Counted from the stretch's first letter, positions 35,609 to 45,492 are shown. The stretch: 64,000 nucleotides of DNA from Candidatus Aenigmatarchaeota archaeon (GCA_038997165.1 JAWBAK010000002.1:3083-67082), one strand, 5' to 3'. The notes: a model not told the origin generated them from the letters alone. Numbers and translations are program-made.

Positions 35609-36810
35609 ACGAACTCTTAATATTTTTATTGATTATTTTTATAGTTATATCTGTAATTACTTATTTTATTATCTCTACAATAACTAAAGTAGAAATTAAA
35701 GAATATGTTCCAAGAATTATTTTTTCGAGAGATGCTTTTTTAGATATTAATTTTCTTTTTTCCGATTTTGATGGAAAATCTTCTGAATACAATTATGCAT
35801 TTTACATTCAAAATAATTTTTTAAACACATTAAATTTAAATATTTTTTCAGAATTTTTAATTTTAGATGAAAATGTAAAAATTTCTTTATATAAAGAAGA
35901 GTTTTCTGATTTATTAGCTTCTAATGTTAAAAAGAGATATGATATTTCATTTAAAAATATTTTTGATAATTCAAAGATTAGCGGATTAAATTTTTGTGAA
36001 GAGGAGAGAAAAGCTATTTTAGGCTGTAAATATGAATGTTGTAAAGGAGATAATATAAATGATGGAATTTGTTGGAAAGATTGCAAAATTTATAAATTAG
36101 ATCTTTCTGAGAAAAAAAGAAATCTTTATTGTCAAATTTTTCCAATTATTTATACTTCAATAAACTATTCGGCTATTATAAATGGAACTGTTGAAATTAG
36201 TAAAAATACTTATGAAGATAGAATTAAATGGAATGTAAGAAAATCGCCAATTAATATTTTTGTAAGACCATCTCCAATACCATATAATAATCTTTTACCT
36301 TTAATGCTTACTTTTGAAATAGAGGGGGAAAATGTGTTTCTAAGAAAGTTAAGGCTAGAAATTATAAATTATTCTATTGAAATTGAAACTTTTTTTGAGA
36401 AAAAGATAGAAAGTTTAGAAGCATCACAAATTTGCGAAATAGAAGTAAATAGATTTATTAATGGAAAAGTATATCTTGGAAAAGAAAAGAATTGTACTTT
36501 TGAACCTTTAAACATTACAGTTAAAAGAATTTTAAAAGATAGAGTTGAAGAAAAAATAGCAACCAAAAATGAAGATATAAACAAATTAATAAATTCTGTT
36601 TGTAAAGAATATATTTCTGATGGAAAAATAGACTATGAAAACTGTGCAAAAGAATTAAATAAAAGAGAATATAATATTTGTAGTTTATATAGTGATTTAG
36701 AAATTTGTAAAATTGGAGAAGAAAAGTTAAATAAAATAATTATTCTTATTTCAGCTGAAATTGAAAAGAGAGAAGAATATAGAAAAAAATTAATACCAAC
36801 TTTTTGTTAA
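35602..36810 (+). CDS. N-terminally anchored Cys-rich extracellular protein (operon gene 6, 402 aa), hypothetical
   Basis: TM 'LLIFLLIIFIVISVITYFII'. Cys cluster 'CEEERKAILGCKYECCKGDNINDGICWKDCK' plus later Cys pairs. Confidence 0.4.
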   Translation: MVNELLIFLLIIFIVISVITYFIISTITKVEIKEYVPRIIFSRDAFLDINFLFSDFDGKSSEYNYAFYIQNNFLNTLNLNIFSEFLILDENVKISLYKEEFSDLLASNVKKRYDISFKNIFDNSKISGLNFCEEERKAILGCKYECCKGDNINDGICWKDCKIYKLDLSEKKRNLYCQIFPIIYTSINYSAIINGTVEISKNTYEDRIKWNVRKSPINIFVRPSPIPYNNLLPLMLTFEIEGENVFLRKLRLEIINYSIEIETFFEKKIESLEASQICEIEVNRFINGKVYLGKEKNCTFEPLNITVKRILKDRVEEKIATKNEDINKLINSVCKEYISDGKIDYENCAKELNKREYNICSLYSDLEICKIGEEKLNKIIILISAEIEKREEYRKKLIPTFC

Positions 36811-37170
36811 TTACTTTATTTTACAGCCACAAAGCTTTACTAAACAATCTTTAAAAGATCTTAAACCCAAATAATTACATATATTTTTGTAACTTGCAAA
36901 ATCATCTCCATCTTTTACACCAATATCTTTATTCTTGATTTTTGATGATAAATCATCTTCTGAAATTCCAAGATCATATGGACTACTTACTTCAATTGCT
37001 AAACATTTTGTTTTATCAACTATTTCCGAACAAAATATACTTTTTATATTTTCTCTTTTCATCCAATCTAAAGGGCTACTTCCTATTCCTAGCCAAGATA
37101 AAACAAAAAGTGCTGTTACTATTAAAATTACAATTATTATTATTATTTCTAGTGTTGTTAAAACTTTCAT
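36811..37170 (-). CDS. small N-anchored Cys-containing secreted protein, hypothetical
   Basis: 'MKVLTTLEIIIIIVILIVTALFVLSWLG' TM, then a domain with 5 Cys. Confidence 0.35.
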   Translation of the reverse strand: MKVLTTLEIIIIIVILIVTALFVLSWLGIGSSPLDWMKRENIKSIFCSEIVDKTKCLAIEVSSPYDLGISEDDLSSKIKNKDIGVKDGDDFASYKNICNYLGLRSFKDCLVKLCGCKIK

Positions 37171-37203
37171 AATAATATATTAAGTAGTTTTTAAATATTT
37201 TTT

Positions 37204-37276
37204 TGGGCCCGGCGGGATTTGAACCCGCGACCTACCGGTTAAGAGCCGGCCGCTCTACCTACTGAGCTACGGGCCC
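37204..37276 (-). tRNA. tRNA-Lys (anticodon CTT)
   Basis: Reverse complement folds into gggcccg acceptor, gctc/gagc D-arm, gccgg-ctCTTaa-ccggt anticodon arm, T-arm cgcgggttcaaatcccgc. Confidence 0.85.
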
Positions 37277-37376
37277 ATAAATTATCTTAGTTTTCTTTTT
37301 TCATAGAAAATAATTTTTATTATACAATTATGTTAAATATTAAAATCTATAATATAAAAAATTTTAAATTTTATCT

Positions 37377-38285
37377 ATGAAAGATTTAGAAAGCAAATTG
37401 TATCAAAATTCTCAATATAAAAAATTAGAAGAAAAATTAAGAAAAGAATTAGATGAAAGATATCCTATGTTAAAAGAAAGTGAAATTAAAGAAATTCAAA
37501 CTGTTTTTTCTTTTATACCCCATGCAACAGAAAAATATATTGTATTATCAAAAATTAATATTGCAGATATTATAAATTTTAGCTATGCTACATATCTTAT
37601 AAATTACATTAATAGCTATCCAAATACATTATCATCTTTTTCTGCTCTTATTAACTTAGCTTTTATTCTATCTTTGTATACATTTTTAATTTTTTATAGA
37701 AAAAATTTAAAAATACATGAAATGATTCACTCATATAGATTAAGATATTTTCATTTTTATCAAAAAATTAAAGGTAAAGAAAAAGATAGCTCTTTCATTT
37801 CTAACATTCGAGAGAAATTAAAAGAAAATGTAATTAATTCTGATAACAAAATTCTTTCTTTCTTTTCCAGAGAATTTTTGTTAATATTATCTATTCCATC
37901 TTTTATAAAATATTTTATAAAAAGTTTTGATAAAAAGAAATTTTATTTTTGGGAAGAAAAAATTACTGAGTATGAAAAGGAAAGAATAACTGGTAAAAAA
38001 TCTTTTCTTCTTTCCAATCGAGAAAGAAAATTTTTAGAATTTTTAGAATCTTTAAGAACAGATAGTTATATACCAATTGAAGAAAAACAAATAGATAAAA
38101 TAAAAAATTCAAATTTAGATGAAAATTTAAAGAATTTAATTTTAAATGAAATAGAAGAAATAAAAAGCAATAAAGAATTTAAATTTTTTATTGAAAATAT
38201 TCCTGTTTTTATTCCAAAATACGAATTAATAGATAAACTTTATGAAGAATGGAAAAAATCTTCTAATCTTTATCAAAAAAACTAA
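37377..38285 (+). CDS. hypothetical membrane protein with intramembrane HExxH (HEMIH)
   Basis: 'LAFILSLYTFLIFYRKNLKIHEMIHSY'. Otherwise no recognisable family. Confidence 0.3.
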   Translation: MKDLESKLYQNSQYKKLEEKLRKELDERYPMLKESEIKEIQTVFSFIPHATEKYIVLSKINIADIINFSYATYLINYINSYPNTLSSFSALINLAFILSLYTFLIFYRKNLKIHEMIHSYRLRYFHFYQKIKGKEKDSSFISNIREKLKENVINSDNKILSFFSREFLLILSIPSFIKYFIKSFDKKKFYFWEEKITEYEKERITGKKSFLLSNRERKFLEFLESLRTDSYIPIEEKQIDKIKNSNLDENLKNLILNEIEEIKSNKEFKFFIENIPVFIPKYELIDKLYEEWKKSSNLYQKN

Positions 38286-38707
38286 TAAAAATTTTTCTTA
38301 TAATATCTATAATTAATCCAAAAAATAATAAGTAAAAGAGAAGTTCAAAGTTAATTGTTATTTTTATTATATCAAAATTTAAAAAATTTTTATATTCAAA
38401 TTCTATTTTTCCAAAATTTAAAACAAAAACTATAAAAATTAAAATAAAAATAGAATAAATTATAGAAAAAACTTTTGCCATTTTATTTTCTAATAAAATT
38501 GAAAGAAAAGAAGAAAACGAAATTGTTAATCCTAAAAAAAAAAAAGAAGATAAATATTTGTATTATAGGTTTCGATAATAAAGCTACAAAAATTAAGATT
38601 AAAAAATTTGCAATTGATAATTTCATAGTTTCCTAAAATTATTATTAAAAAAGGTAGTGTAAAAAACAAAAAGTTTAGTAAAAATATAAAAAAAGCTTTT
38701 ACTAATT

Positions 38708-39223
38708 TCATATTTTTAAAAATTGAGAAAATTTTGTTTGAATAATAAATGATATTTTTAAAACATCTTCAATATTTATAACTATAAAACCTTTAAGTTT
38801 TGAATTATTAATTTCTTCAATTATTTTATTTTTTATTTCGTTAGGATCTTTATAAGTATCTATTAATTTAGTTGCATAGTTCTTAATTTCATCTTCTAAT
38901 AATGTTTTATTTAAAAAATTTATAAAAACACTTTTTTCTTTATTAGCTTCTATATCTGTTTCTAATTTAATAAAACTAATAGTTTTATTAAAAATAAATA
39001 TATTGAAATCAAAAGTTAAGTTTTTAATTTTTAGAGGGCTTGGATTAAAAATTGTAATTTCTCGGATTTCTATTTCAGATTTTTGTGTTTTTTCAAAAAT
39101 TTTAGAGTTAGAAATAAAAAAGTTAATTAAAGTAAAAATCGAAAGAAAAAATAATATCAAAGAAATTAAAAACAACAAAATTGAAAATATAAATAATAAT
39201 TTATTAATTAACTTTATTTTCAT
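38708..39223 (-). CDS. N-anchored secreted protein, hypothetical
   Basis: Signal/TM 'LLFIFSILLFLISLILFFLSIFTLINFF'. Confidence 0.3.
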   Translation of the reverse strand: MKIKLINKLLFIFSILLFLISLILFFLSIFTLINFFISNSKIFEKTQKSEIEIREITIFNPSPLKIKNLTFDFNIFIFNKTISFIKLETDIEANKEKSVFINFLNKTLLEDEIKNYATKLIDTYKDPNEIKNKIIEEINNSKLKGFIVINIEDVLKISFIIQTKFSQFLKI

Positions 39224-39268
39224 AATAAATTTTGCATAAACTTAAATAAATACATCTAAATACTTATT

Positions 39269-39595
39269 ATGGAATTCGGAATAAAAATAAAGAAAAGAGA
39301 CGGAAAAGTTGAAGATTTTATTATAGAAAAAATTGTTGTTAGTATTTTAAGAAGTGGTGCAGATATAAAAACTGCTAGAAAAATTGCTTATATTGTTTTA
39401 GGAAAAATACTAGAAAAAAATAAGAAAGAAATTTCAACAAAAGAGCTAACAAAAATTGTACTAAACTTACTTAAAAAAGAAAATTCTATAGCATACAAGA
39501 ATTGGATTATATTTAATAAATATTTAAAGAAAAAAAGAAAAGATTTGGAAAAAGAATTATCAAAAAATTTATTAGAATACTTAAAAAAGAAATAA
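39269..39595 (+). CDS. stand-alone ATP-cone domain protein
   Basis: 'IKKRDGKVEDFIIEKIVVSILRSGADIKTARKIAYIVLGKI...ISTKELTKIVLNLL' follows the ATP-cone pattern (KR.G..E.F...KI...I...). Confidence 0.5.
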   Translation: MEFGIKIKKRDGKVEDFIIEKIVVSILRSGADIKTARKIAYIVLGKILEKNKKEISTKELTKIVLNLLKKENSIAYKNWIIFNKYLKKKRKDLEKELSKNLLEYLKKK

Positions 39596-39609
39596 AAGAG
39601 GGGAAGGAA

Positions 39610-40761
39610 TTATTTAAGTACTTCAATTCCAAGCAAACTACTTGTTTCTCTTGTTAAAGCTCTTTCAGTTGAAATTCTTCCTAAAATATATGGAGACTTT
39701 ACTCCAGTAACTATTGTAATAACTTGAATTCTTCCTTCGTATTCTGGCATAATTCTTGCTCCTACAAAAACTGTTGCACTAGGATCTAATTGAGAGTATA
39801 CATGATGCATTATTTGATGCACTTCTTCTAATTTCAAATCTTCTCCACCAGTTACATGCACTAATGCACCAGCAGCTCCTGTATAATCAACATCTATTAA
39901 TGGATTTTGCAATGCTTTCATAACAGCATCTCTTGCTCTATCGCTCGAAGAGCTTTCAGCTATTCCTAGTGCTGCAACACCACCACCTGTACTCATTACA
40001 CTTCTTACATCTGCATAATCTAAGTTAATTAAACTAGGTAACGTTATTGTTTCGGTAATTCCTTTTATCATATTAGCAACTAATTCATCTGCAACTGCAA
40101 AAGCTTGTTGCAATGTTAAATTTCCAGCATATTTTAGTAATCTATCGTTTTCAATAACAATAACAGTATCAGCATGTTCTCTTAATCTAGCTAATCCTTC
40201 TTCAGCTTTGAATCTTCTAGATCCTTCTGCACTAAATGGCATTTCAACAACTCCAATAACTAATGCTCCCATAGATTTTGCTATCTCTGCAACTACTGGA
40301 GCAGCTCCAGTACCAGTACCTTTTCCTAATCCAGCTAATACAAAAACCATGTCTGCTCCTTCTATAGCTTCTTTAATTTCGTTTCTACTTTCTTCAGCAG
40401 CTTTTCTTCCAACTTCAGGAATTCCACCACAACCTAAACCCCTTGTTAATTCTCTTCCTATTAAAATTCTTTTATCTGCTTTTGTTACAGCTAAATGTTT
40501 TGCATCAGTATTTAATGCTACAGTGGTAGCTCCATAAACTCCTAATTCATGCAATCTTGTAATTGTATTGCAACCAGCACCCCCAACACCTACTGCAACA
40601 ATTTTTGCTTTTTTAACATCTACACCAAATTGTTCTTTTGCTAATTGAAAATAATCTACATCTTTTCTAATTACTCCACTAGAAACTTTTGCAGCTAATC
40701 TTAAGTTTGGATTTTCTTCTTCAAGTGCTCTTCTTAGTGCAGATTTTATTATTGTCTCCAT
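39610..40761 (-). CDS. ftsZ: cell division GTPase FtsZ
   Basis: 'AVGVGGAGCNTITRL', tubulin signature 'GLGKGTGTGAAPVVAEIAK', T7 loop region. Confidence 0.9.
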   Translation of the reverse strand: METIIKSALRRALEEENPNLRLAAKVSSGVIRKDVDYFQLAKEQFGVDVKKAKIVAVGVGGAGCNTITRLHELGVYGATTVALNTDAKHLAVTKADKRILIGRELTRGLGCGGIPEVGRKAAEESRNEIKEAIEGADMVFVLAGLGKGTGTGAAPVVAEIAKSMGALVIGVVEMPFSAEGSRRFKAEEGLARLREHADTVIVIENDRLLKYAGNLTLQQAFAVADELVANMIKGITETITLPSLINLDYADVRSVMSTGGGVAALGIAESSSSDRARDAVMKALQNPLIDVDYTGAAGALVHVTGGEDLKLEEVHQIMHHVYSQLDPSATVFVGARIMPEYEGRIQVITIVTGVKSPYILGRISTERALTRETSSLLGIEVLK

Positions 40762-40933
40762 TGTTTTATCGAAATCTATATATTTATGTTCTACGATTAT
40801 CTATTTAGAAGCTTCAGAGCCTAAAAGGTGCCATTATCTCCTAAAGAATTTCGACCCCCCTATAAAATTTCTCTTTGTTTATAGGATTTATTATTTTCTA
40901 TAAAAAATTGTATAAATGCAATTTAAATTTTCG

Positions 40934-41554
40934 CTATTTTAATTCGATAAAAGAAACGTAACAAATAAACTTTTTTTCAATTCTTTTACCTATTTTTTTA
41001 ATTTTATAAAGTTTTTGATTAAAATTTTCGATTATAGGAACTAGCAAGATACCATTATCTTTTAGTTGATTAACCCAAAATGGTGAAATTTCTTTTGTAG
41101 CGGCGCTTACAGCAATTTTATCAAATGGGCTATATTCTTCTAAGCCGTATTTTCCATCTCTTAGAAAAATCTTACATTTATCTATATAATTGGTTTTTTC
41201 CAAATTTCTTTTTCCAAATTCAAAAACATCTTTATCTATTTCTATTCCATAAACTTCTCTTTTTGTAATTTCATAGGCATAAGCTAATAAAATTCCTGAA
41301 CCAAATCCTATTTCTAAAAATTTATCGTCTTTTTTTAATTCTAATTCTTCCAAATATATTGCATGCATGTGTGGAGCAGAAATCGTGGCATCTTTAACAA
41401 TAGGCAATGGCATATCTAAATATGCTTTATCTTTTAAATCTTCTCTAACAAAATCTCTTCTATCAACTTTGAGAAACGCTTCTTTAACTTCTTTTCTTTT
41501 AATAATTTTTTCTTTTTCTAATTTTTCAACCAACGCTTCTAAACTATAATGCAT
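40934..41554 (-). CDS. pcm: protein-L-isoaspartate O-methyltransferase
   Basis: 'VDRRDFV...YLDMPLPI...ATISAPHMHA...LEIGFGSGI' PIMT motifs. Ends at 41554; the aIF5B ORF begins at 41558. Confidence 0.8.
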   Translation of the reverse strand: MHYSLEALVEKLEKEKIIKRKEVKEAFLKVDRRDFVREDLKDKAYLDMPLPIVKDATISAPHMHAIYLEELELKKDDKFLEIGFGSGILLAYAYEITKREVYGIEIDKDVFEFGKRNLEKTNYIDKCKIFLRDGKYGLEEYSPFDKIAVSAATKEISPFWVNQLKDNGILLVPIIENFNQKLYKIKKIGKRIEKKFICYVSFIELK

Positions 41555-41557
41555 AAA

Positions 41558-43288
41558 TTAAACAAGTTTCCATTCTTTTAATAATTCTTTTTCTTCTTCG
41601 CTTAAATAATCAAAATATTTTTTAAGTATTTCTAAATCTTTTTGAGAAATATCAGAAACTAAAATATCATCTTCTTCGAAAGTTCTTCCTATAATAGCGT
41701 TTTCTATACTAATTGCAACTTTTTCATTTTTAGTAGCAAATTCAATACTTCTATTTTCTTTTTGTATATCGTTAACAATTCCTACTTCTTTTCCATCTTC
41801 TCTTTTTAATTTAACACCTTTAAATAATCTACCTTTTAATATTTCAACACCAAAAATCGCAGGATTACTTCTTCTAAATATAAAACCTTTTAACACTTTA
41901 ATAATTACAGGTCTATTAATTTTCGATAATTCATATTTTGCTTCATTTCTCTTTTTTTCTTCTAAATAATTTTTTATTTCTTCAACAATTCTATAAATTA
42001 CATTTCCTTCAATAATTTTTACATTTTTTTGATTTAATGTTTCTCTTTCTTCTTCGCTTATTTGAACATTAAATAAAACTAAAATTTTATATTTTTCGTC
42101 TCTAATTAAATCTAAATCAATAATATCTTCTTTCTTTAATTTCCCAACACCAGTTTTTTTAATTGGTATTTTCTCTTTTTCTAACATATTAATTATAGCT
42201 TCTAAACTTCCAAGAGTATCTGCTTTTACTATTATTCCATCTAATTCTTTTTTAAAAATTATGTTTTCGAAACTCATTTTTAATTCATTTTTTAATTTTT
42301 CAATTTCTTTTTCATCCTTTATAACTCTAAATTCACTACCAGCAATTACATTTTCTAAATTATCAGCAAAAATTCTTATACCGGCAGAGGCTACTATTTC
42401 GTTAACATACTCAAATTCTTTTTCATATCTAATGTCTTTTAATTCTTTAGGAACCATTATGAATTTTATTTTTGTTATTATTGGTTCATGTGAAGCAATT
42501 ACTATTGAATCTCCTTTTTTTAATTTTCCATCATAAAGAATGCAATCAGCAACAATGCCTAAACCTTTTTGTTCTCTTAATTCTAAGATTATTCCTTTTG
42601 TTTCTTGAGAAATGTATAGTCTGTCTTTAAGAAATATTTGAGATAATCCACTAATAATTAGTAATAGTTCAGCTAACCCTTCTTTTGTTTTAGCAGAAAC
42701 AGGCACTATTGGTATTTGTGATTTGAAATCGGTAATTCTATCGAATCTTTCACTAATAAAATTAAACTCATATAGTTTTGCAACTATTTCGTATAATTTT
42801 TTATCTAATTCGAAAATCGTTTGTTGAGATTGAAATAGTACACTTTCTAAAAAAGATAAAGAATTAGAATTTTTCCAATTTGGCAATTTATCAATTTTAT
42901 TTAAAGCAATTAAAAAAGGAATTTTATAATTCTTTAAAATTTCTAAGCATTCTATGGTTTGTTCTTCGATACCTTCAATTATATCAATAACTAAAATTGC
43001 AATATCAGAAATACTTCCACCTCTTTTTCTTAAGTGAGAAAATGCTGCGTGACCTGGAGTGTCAATTAATAATATTCCATTGAATTTTATTTCAAATTTA
43101 AATTTTTTTAATAAATCTCCACAAATTTTTTCTATTACATTTTTTGGAATGAAAGTTGAAGAAATGTGTTGAGTAATTTGTCCTGGTTCTTTTAAAGCAA
43201 CTAAAGAATTTCTTATAGCGTCAGCTAAAGAAGTTTTGCCATGATCAACATGACCCATTAATGTTACTATTGGTGCTCTTAGCTCCAT
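41558..43288 (-). CDS. infB: translation initiation factor aIF5B (IF2 homolog)
   Basis: 'RAPIVTLMGHVDHGKTSLADAIR', 'IDTPGHAAF', 'NKIDK' GTPase motifs plus C-terminal beta-barrel domains. Confidence 0.85.
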   Translation of the reverse strand: MELRAPIVTLMGHVDHGKTSLADAIRNSLVALKEPGQITQHISSTFIPKNVIEKICGDLLKKFKFEIKFNGILLIDTPGHAAFSHLRKRGGSISDIAILVIDIIEGIEEQTIECLEILKNYKIPFLIALNKIDKLPNWKNSNSLSFLESVLFQSQQTIFELDKKLYEIVAKLYEFNFISERFDRITDFKSQIPIVPVSAKTKEGLAELLLIISGLSQIFLKDRLYISQETKGIILELREQKGLGIVADCILYDGKLKKGDSIVIASHEPIITKIKFIMVPKELKDIRYEKEFEYVNEIVASAGIRIFADNLENVIAGSEFRVIKDEKEIEKLKNELKMSFENIIFKKELDGIIVKADTLGSLEAIINMLEKEKIPIKKTGVGKLKKEDIIDLDLIRDEKYKILVLFNVQISEEERETLNQKNVKIIEGNVIYRIVEEIKNYLEEKKRNEAKYELSKINRPVIIKVLKGFIFRRSNPAIFGVEILKGRLFKGVKLKREDGKEVGIVNDIQKENRSIEFATKNEKVAISIENAIIGRTFEEDDILVSDISQKDLEILKKYFDYLSEEEKELLKEWKLV

Positions 43289-43319
43289 AAACTTCCATAA
43301 GCAAAAGATTTATTTTAGA

Positions 43320-44360
43320 TTATAAAATAAGTTTTGCAACAAATTTACTTCCTTTTATTCCATCTACTCTTTTTATTTCTATTATATTTTTGTTTACTAA
43401 ATCTTTTAGTAAATAGTTAAACATTCTTCTTTTAATATTAAATTTTTTGTTTATTATTTCAAAAAGCTCTGTAGTTGTCATTTCTTTTTCTTTTAATAAA
43501 TTAATTATTTCTTTTTGTCTTTCATCATAAATTAACTTAATTTTTTCATCCAAAGTATCAATTTTTTTCTTTTCAAAATTTTTGATTACTTCTTTAATTA
43601 TTTCAACACTTAATTTATTTTCATTTTTATCTAATAAAATTTCTAGTGCTTTTTTTAAAACTTTCAAAATTATTCTTACATCACTATTGTAATTATAAGC
43701 TAGGTTTGCAATTAGAGTTATTGCAGCTTTATCATAATTATTTTGAAAAATTAATTTTACTCTCTCTTCAGCAATTGTTTTAAGCTGTTCAAAAGTATAT
43801 TGTTTAAATTCTAATTCATCAAAATTTAATGAACTTAAAACTCTTTGATCTAAATTTAAAATAAAATCTTTATTATTTGAAATTAAAATCAAATAAGGAT
43901 AATAATTATATAAAAAGGTCATTCTTGAAAAAATATAAAGAATTTCATTTATATCTTTAACTTTATCTATTTCATCTATACATATTACAATCTTTAAATT
44001 TGAATTTTTTAAATAATTGACAATTCTTTCTAATATTTCTTCTTTTGAAACACCCCTTATTTCTAAAATTTTTAATTCTTCTGCGATTTTAGATAATAAT
44101 AGCGATGAAGTATTATAAACGAAAGCATTAAGATAAACATATTTAACTCCTAATATTTGAAAATTTTTAAAAACATATTTAACGCTAGCTGTTTTTCCAA
44201 GACCACTACTTCCAAAAATTAAAAGATAAGTTGGTTTAAAATTTTTGGAATATTTTTCAATCTTATCTTTAATAAAGAGAATTTGAGATTCTCTAAATGG
44301 TAATTTTTCTGGGATATAATTTTCATCTAAAAAATCAAAGATATTTTCTACAGCGCTCAT
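43320..44360 (-). CDS. cdc6: Orc1/Cdc6 family replication initiator (short, 346 aa)
   Basis: Walker A 'GSSGLGKTAS', Walker B 'ICIDEIDK', C-terminal winged-helix-like segment. Confidence 0.7.
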   Translation of the reverse strand: MSAVENIFDFLDENYIPEKLPFRESQILFIKDKIEKYSKNFKPTYLLIFGSSGLGKTASVKYVFKNFQILGVKYVYLNAFVYNTSSLLLSKIAEELKILEIRGVSKEEILERIVNYLKNSNLKIVICIDEIDKVKDINEILYIFSRMTFLYNYYPYLILISNNKDFILNLDQRVLSSLNFDELEFKQYTFEQLKTIAEERVKLIFQNNYDKAAITLIANLAYNYNSDVRIILKVLKKALEILLDKNENKLSVEIIKEVIKNFEKKKIDTLDEKIKLIYDERQKEIINLLKEKEMTTTELFEIINKKFNIKRRMFNYLLKDLVNKNIIEIKRVDGIKGSKFVAKLIL

Positions 44361-44391
44361 AATTAAATATTTAAAGTCAGTGTAATGTTTT

Positions 44392-45492
44392 ATGGATATA
44401 AATGAGAGGTTAAAATTGATTAAATTACCACCAACTGAAGAAATAATTACAGAAAAAGAATTGATTGAATTATTACAAACAAAAAATAATATAGTTGCAT
44501 ACGATGGATTTGAACCAAGCGGATTACTTCATTTAGGTAGCGGAATATTAAGATCGATAAAAACTAATGATTTTATAGAAGCCAAAATTAGATTTATAAT
44601 TTATATTGCGGATTGGTTTGCATATTTAAATAATAAATTTGGTGGAAACCTAGAATTAATTAAAAAAGCAGGAGAATATTTTATCGAAGGTTGGAAGGCT
44701 TGTGGAATGAAAGTAGATAAAGTAGAGTTTGTTTGGTGTAGCGATTTAATTAAAGATCCAGAATATTGGGAAATGTTTTTGAAGATATCTAAATTAGTAA
44801 CTATTAATAGAGTAAGAAGAGCTGTAACTGTTGCTGGCAGACAAAGCATTGAGATTAAAAATCCAAGCTTATTAATTTATCCCTTAATGCAAGCAACAGA
44901 TATTTTTATGCTAAATAATAAAGAAGGTATTGATATTTGTCAACTTGGTATGGATCAAAGAAAAGTTAATATGCTAGCTAGAGAAATAGCCGAAATTTTA
45001 GGAAGAAAAAAACCAATAGCTGTTCATCATCATTTATTATTAGGTTTACAAGCCGGAGAAAGAATGGGTAAATTTGACGAAGATGAAAAAGTAAATAGAG
45101 AAATAAGTTTTAAAATGAGTAAAAGTAAACCAGAAACAGCAATATTTATTCATGATAGTGAAGAAGATGTTAAAAGAAAAATTTTAAATGCTTTTTGTCC
45201 ACCTAAGCAAATAGAAATGAATCCAATTTTAGAAATTTGTAAATATATTATTTTTAGAAAATTTGATAGAATGATTATTAAAAGAGAGGAAAAATATGGT
45301 GGAAATATCGAAATCTTAAGTTATGAAGAATTAGAAAAATTATATATTGATGGAAAAATTCATCCATTAGATCTAAAAAATGCTGTAATAGAATATTTAA
45401 ATATAATTTTAGAACCAATTAGAAATTACTTTGAAAAAGAAAAAGCAAGAAAATTATATGAAATAGTAAAAACAGCACAGATTACCAGATAA
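44392..45492 (+). CDS. tyrS: tyrosyl-tRNA synthetase (archaeal type)
   Basis: Collinear with M. jannaschii TyrRS by memory: 'AYDGFEPSGLLHLG', 'YPLMQATDI', 'CQLGMDQRKVNMLAREI', 'KMSKSKPETAIFIHDSEEDVKRKI', 'GNIEILSYEELEKLY...HPLDLKNAV'. HIGH is H-L-G-S. Confidence 0.85.
   Translation: MDINERLKLIKLPPTEEIITEKELIELLQTKNNIVAYDGFEPSGLLHLGSGILRSIKTNDFIEAKIRFIIYIADWFAYLNNKFGGNLELIKKAGEYFIEGWKACGMKVDKVEFVWCSDLIKDPEYWEMFLKISKLVTINRVRRAVTVAGRQSIEIKNPSLLIYPLMQATDIFMLNNKEGIDICQLGMDQRKVNMLAREIAEILGRKKPIAVHHHLLLGLQAGERMGKFDEDEKVNREISFKMSKSKPETAIFIHDSEEDVKRKILNAFCPPKQIEMNPILEICKYIIFRKFDRMIIKREEKYGGNIEILSYEELEKLYIDGKIHPLDLKNAVIEYLNIILEPIRNYFEKEKARKLYEIVKTAQITR

Noticed and set aside
37377-38285. Site-2 protease (M50) assignment for the HEMIH-containing membrane protein
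   Set aside because: An intramembrane HExxH is present, but the second M50 motif (NxxPxxxLDG) was not found. It is left as hypothetical.
40762-40933. Locally GC-richer stretch between pcm and ftsZ ('agaagcttcagagcctaaaaggtgccattatctcc...cgacccccc') as a possible ncRNA
   Set aside because: No convincing stem-loops or box motifs could be read. It is more likely the ftsZ promoter or 5' region.
43288-44392. Replication origin directly adjacent to orc1/cdc6
   Set aside because: The gene is flanked by only 31-bp gaps on both sides. There is no room for ORB/DUE elements, so any origin must be elsewhere (see the 25.8-27.25 kb island).
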